From: Fimicolochytrium jonesii
Taxonomy: Eukaryota
Direction: 5' to 3'
Assembly (NCBI RefSeq): GCF_025526975.1
Contig: NW_026515676.1
Span: 62,001-126,000 of the forward strand
DNA: 64,000 nucleotides
This document shows, piece by piece, positions 61,442 to 64,000 of this stretch. Positions within the stretch are counted from its first letter, which is position 1. Every line of letters starts with the position of its first letter. A model generated the notes under the pieces. It saw only the letters and a list, made by a program, of their open reading frames with translations, searched no databases and was not told the origin of the DNA. Position numbers and translations under genes: made by a program.

Positions 61442-64000
61442 ATGCGTCTCGCATGCGTAGACGTCAAAATCAAGACTGGGAAGCGATTTTTGTGCTGTCC
61501 GCTTTGGCTCGGTGAAAACTGCCCGTACCCATATCGACGAAGTTCAATAGAAGTTTTGGTCCCCCTTTTTAGCATGCATGACGAATAGATCCATGCAGAT
61601 GACCGGACGTTTATTGTCCGTCGTATATTGCGTCAACACGTACGATATCGACGCTGGAAAGATGTTCAGAGAGGCCGGCGGGGAAAGATGGGAGCCTGTG
61701 ACGGTTCTCCCCACGCGTTTTGCGGGTTCAGCATATCGGCAAGCATTCGTCAAGAAGCGAGTCCGAAATTGAAGTTCCCAAGGACAAAACTTCCAGCAAA
61801 ACTCCCAACCCAGCTTGAGATCGAGACGCATTTACGGGCCCCGGAGGCTCTTTATACAATATATATCAGCAACGTGCGTTTCCCCAACGCTGGCATGTTT
61901 GTGACCTCAAGGGCCGTCTTGCCTTTGCATTAGAATACCTGTGTTATTCGACTTTTCGGCACTGAGTACCGCCTTGGCTGACGCTGCATGAGAGTGACGA
62001 TTTCAGGGTGGAAAGAGGCAGGAAATAGTGGTGGAAGCAGTCTGCGCGGAGATTTTTCTACGGGCGTACCTTCGAACTCGAGTGGGACACGATTGTTCGG
62101 TTGGAGGGAGCAGGCTCCCAGTCGCTTAGCGCTACTGCGTACCTGTAGTCCGCTACGCTGCACGAAGGAGGCATTATTGGACGAACGCAGGGATAGCATG
62201 GCCATTCACAAGCAGGACAGTTTCATAGCTATTCGGTCGAAAATAGGGCATAGACTACCGGCGGACTCTTCTGCCGCGGTGATGGGGAATCGGGTGAAGA
62301 GCTCTGCAGCGGGAGGTGGGGCGTGGAAAACCTACGCGGCACCGCTGTCGGCGAAGAGCAGTCAGCACAGTCAGCGCATGGATGAAGATGATATGCCCGT
62401 CGTTGTTGAGAGTTCATCGACAAATGGCAGAAACTCGATCGTCATCGTGGCGGACGATCCTGCCCATACCACACAGCTTCGAAACGGTGCGGACGGCCGT
62501 AAACGCAAACGACGTGAATTAGAGAGGGACACGAAGCCAGGCGTCGAGGCAACGCCAACACTCGTGTCCATCAGAAGCCTGTCGAAGTCTCGCCGAACAC
62601 CGGCCATCCTGCGGCGGATCAAAACGCCGCTGATGGATTTGGCACTGCCAGGCATTCCTCTGTCGAGAAGTCCGAGAAAGACGGGACTAGAGCTTCTGTT
62701 CATGCGAACGGACCAATCGCCATCAGCCAGTCTGCGACGAACACAGGCAGCTGGCACAGGACGTCCGGCGGTGAAAACATTGAAAAGGCCGAGAACTCCC
62801 GACCTTAAGATGGAAGATTTGAATGGACGAAAGGACAAAAGGCCCAGGCTTAGTGACAGCCTGCTCCTCGGAATTACCAAGTCACCAGCACCATCGAGGC
62901 TTCGAAAGTTTAGGAGCAGAGGCGAAAGTGCAGGAGATCTAACGTTATACTTCTCACAAGAGCGGGATGCGTCAGACCAGAGTGTAGCGCTCACATTTCA
63001 ACCGTGTGAGTCAGCTCCGCGACCTTCAAACCCGCGGAGGTCCCTCGAAGACCAGCCGCGGCACTCCCTGGGATCTGAGTTTGACATGGACGAACTGCTG
63101 AGCGGCTCTGAGTCCCCGCAGCTGATATCGGAGTCGGACGAAACAGGGTCAACACGCGGCACATCATCTGCAGCCGCAAAGAATGCGCGTGTTACGGCGG
63201 TGCCAGGCCCCTTAAAGCTCGTCGAAGTTCCCAGTATCCGACCGCCGCCATCACTCAAAAAGGTTCCCACTTCTGCAGAGCGACAATCGCCGAAGCTCGT
63301 TGGAGTTCCCAGCATACGACTGCCCCCATCACTTGAAAAGACTACGACTTCTGCAGGACGGCAATCGCCAAAATTCGTTACAGTTCCCCTCATACGACCG
63401 CCATCATCACTTGAACGGACTGCGACGTCTGCAGGGCGGCAACTGAAGCCCGATCGTCCGATCTCACGTTCACGGTCAGATATGGGAGCGCGTGCGATAA
63501 ATGACGCCTCTGCGTCGGCACTTCATGCTGAGCCGACTGGAGATGTGCTGGAACAGGATGGAGTGGCGGCGGCAAATGCTCCAAAACGGTCACGTCTTGC
63601 GCGGCAGTCGTCTTCCAGGGTGGAAGTCATCCCGCCCCCGCAGAGCAAGCTGACGAAATCTTCAACCGACATCCCGTTCTCCCACGTCGCTCGGGCAGGG
63701 AGAGCCAACATGGACGGTAATGGCACGACGATGGCAAGACATTCCCAAACACGGCAGAAAACACCAGCAAAGTCTGAGCGCCCAGGCCGGAAAAGCACAC
63801 CGCCAATGCACGAGGCCTCATCATCCGATACATTTGCGCCATTCGTAGCTGTAAAGTCAGAACCGGCTTTCCACGGCCTTCGAAAGCGTCAACGAGCGCC
63901 TCGGACGTCCATCCTGGCGGCGTTGCAACCGTTCATTGGGTCGAGCAAAAGCCCGAAAAGGGAGCCTGGCACTTTGGGGTCTCAACGCCGGCGGTCGGTT
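61442..64000 (+). CDS. Large basic S/P/R-rich hypothetical protein running off the window end; 5' exons tentative
   Basis: The + frame has no stop from about 62008 to 64000 (..MDEDDMPVVVESS..RKRKRRE..). It is missing from the ORF track because it lacks a stop. Short upstream exon-like segments with GT-AG junctions start near 61442. Confidence 0.65.
63215..63448 (+). repeat. Three 78-bp (26-aa) in-frame tandem repeats
   Basis: KLVEVPSIRPPPSLKKVPTSAERQSP / KLVGVPSIRLPPSLEKTTTSAGRQSP / KFVTVPLIRPPSSLERTATSAGRQLK, starting at 63215, 63293 and 63371. Confidence 0.85.

Overview
Gene-dense, intron-rich eukaryotic DNA (mostly GT-AG introns of about 55-130 bp with CTAAC-like branch points). It is most consistent with a zoosporic (chytrid-like) fungus. 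Fungal housekeeping genes (RAD52, PNG1, GLO2, ATP15, bL36m, Ure2/YfcG-type GST, importin-9, MRX11, TBP, TYR1, RRD2, GAL7, ARL1) sit beside genes better known from animals and other flagellated lineages (AIP/AIPL1-like, ARMH1-like, XRRA1-like). I assembled about 25 protein-coding genes by hand, plus an intron-containing tRNA-Ile(UAU), a Copia-like integrase relic and a TA-flanked MITE. The most striking observation is at 42345-44594 (-). Four canonical introns join a mitochondrial presequence, an Aim32/Apd1-type 2Fe-2S domain, an adrenodoxin-type ferredoxin, an internal presequence-like linker and a FAM210/DUF1279 membrane domain into one frame of about 661 codons. The last splice donor contains an in-frame stop, so intron retention would switch the fusion off. 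Other leads are a protein of about 1560 aa with about 14 copies of an unrecognised helical repeat, a structured 447-bp PNG1 intron, a dehalogenase-like protein lacking its nucleophile, a 2-TM channel-like protein and an intronless MATA-type HMG-box gene. All family assignments come from recalled motifs, not database searches, and exon boundaries were inferred by eye.
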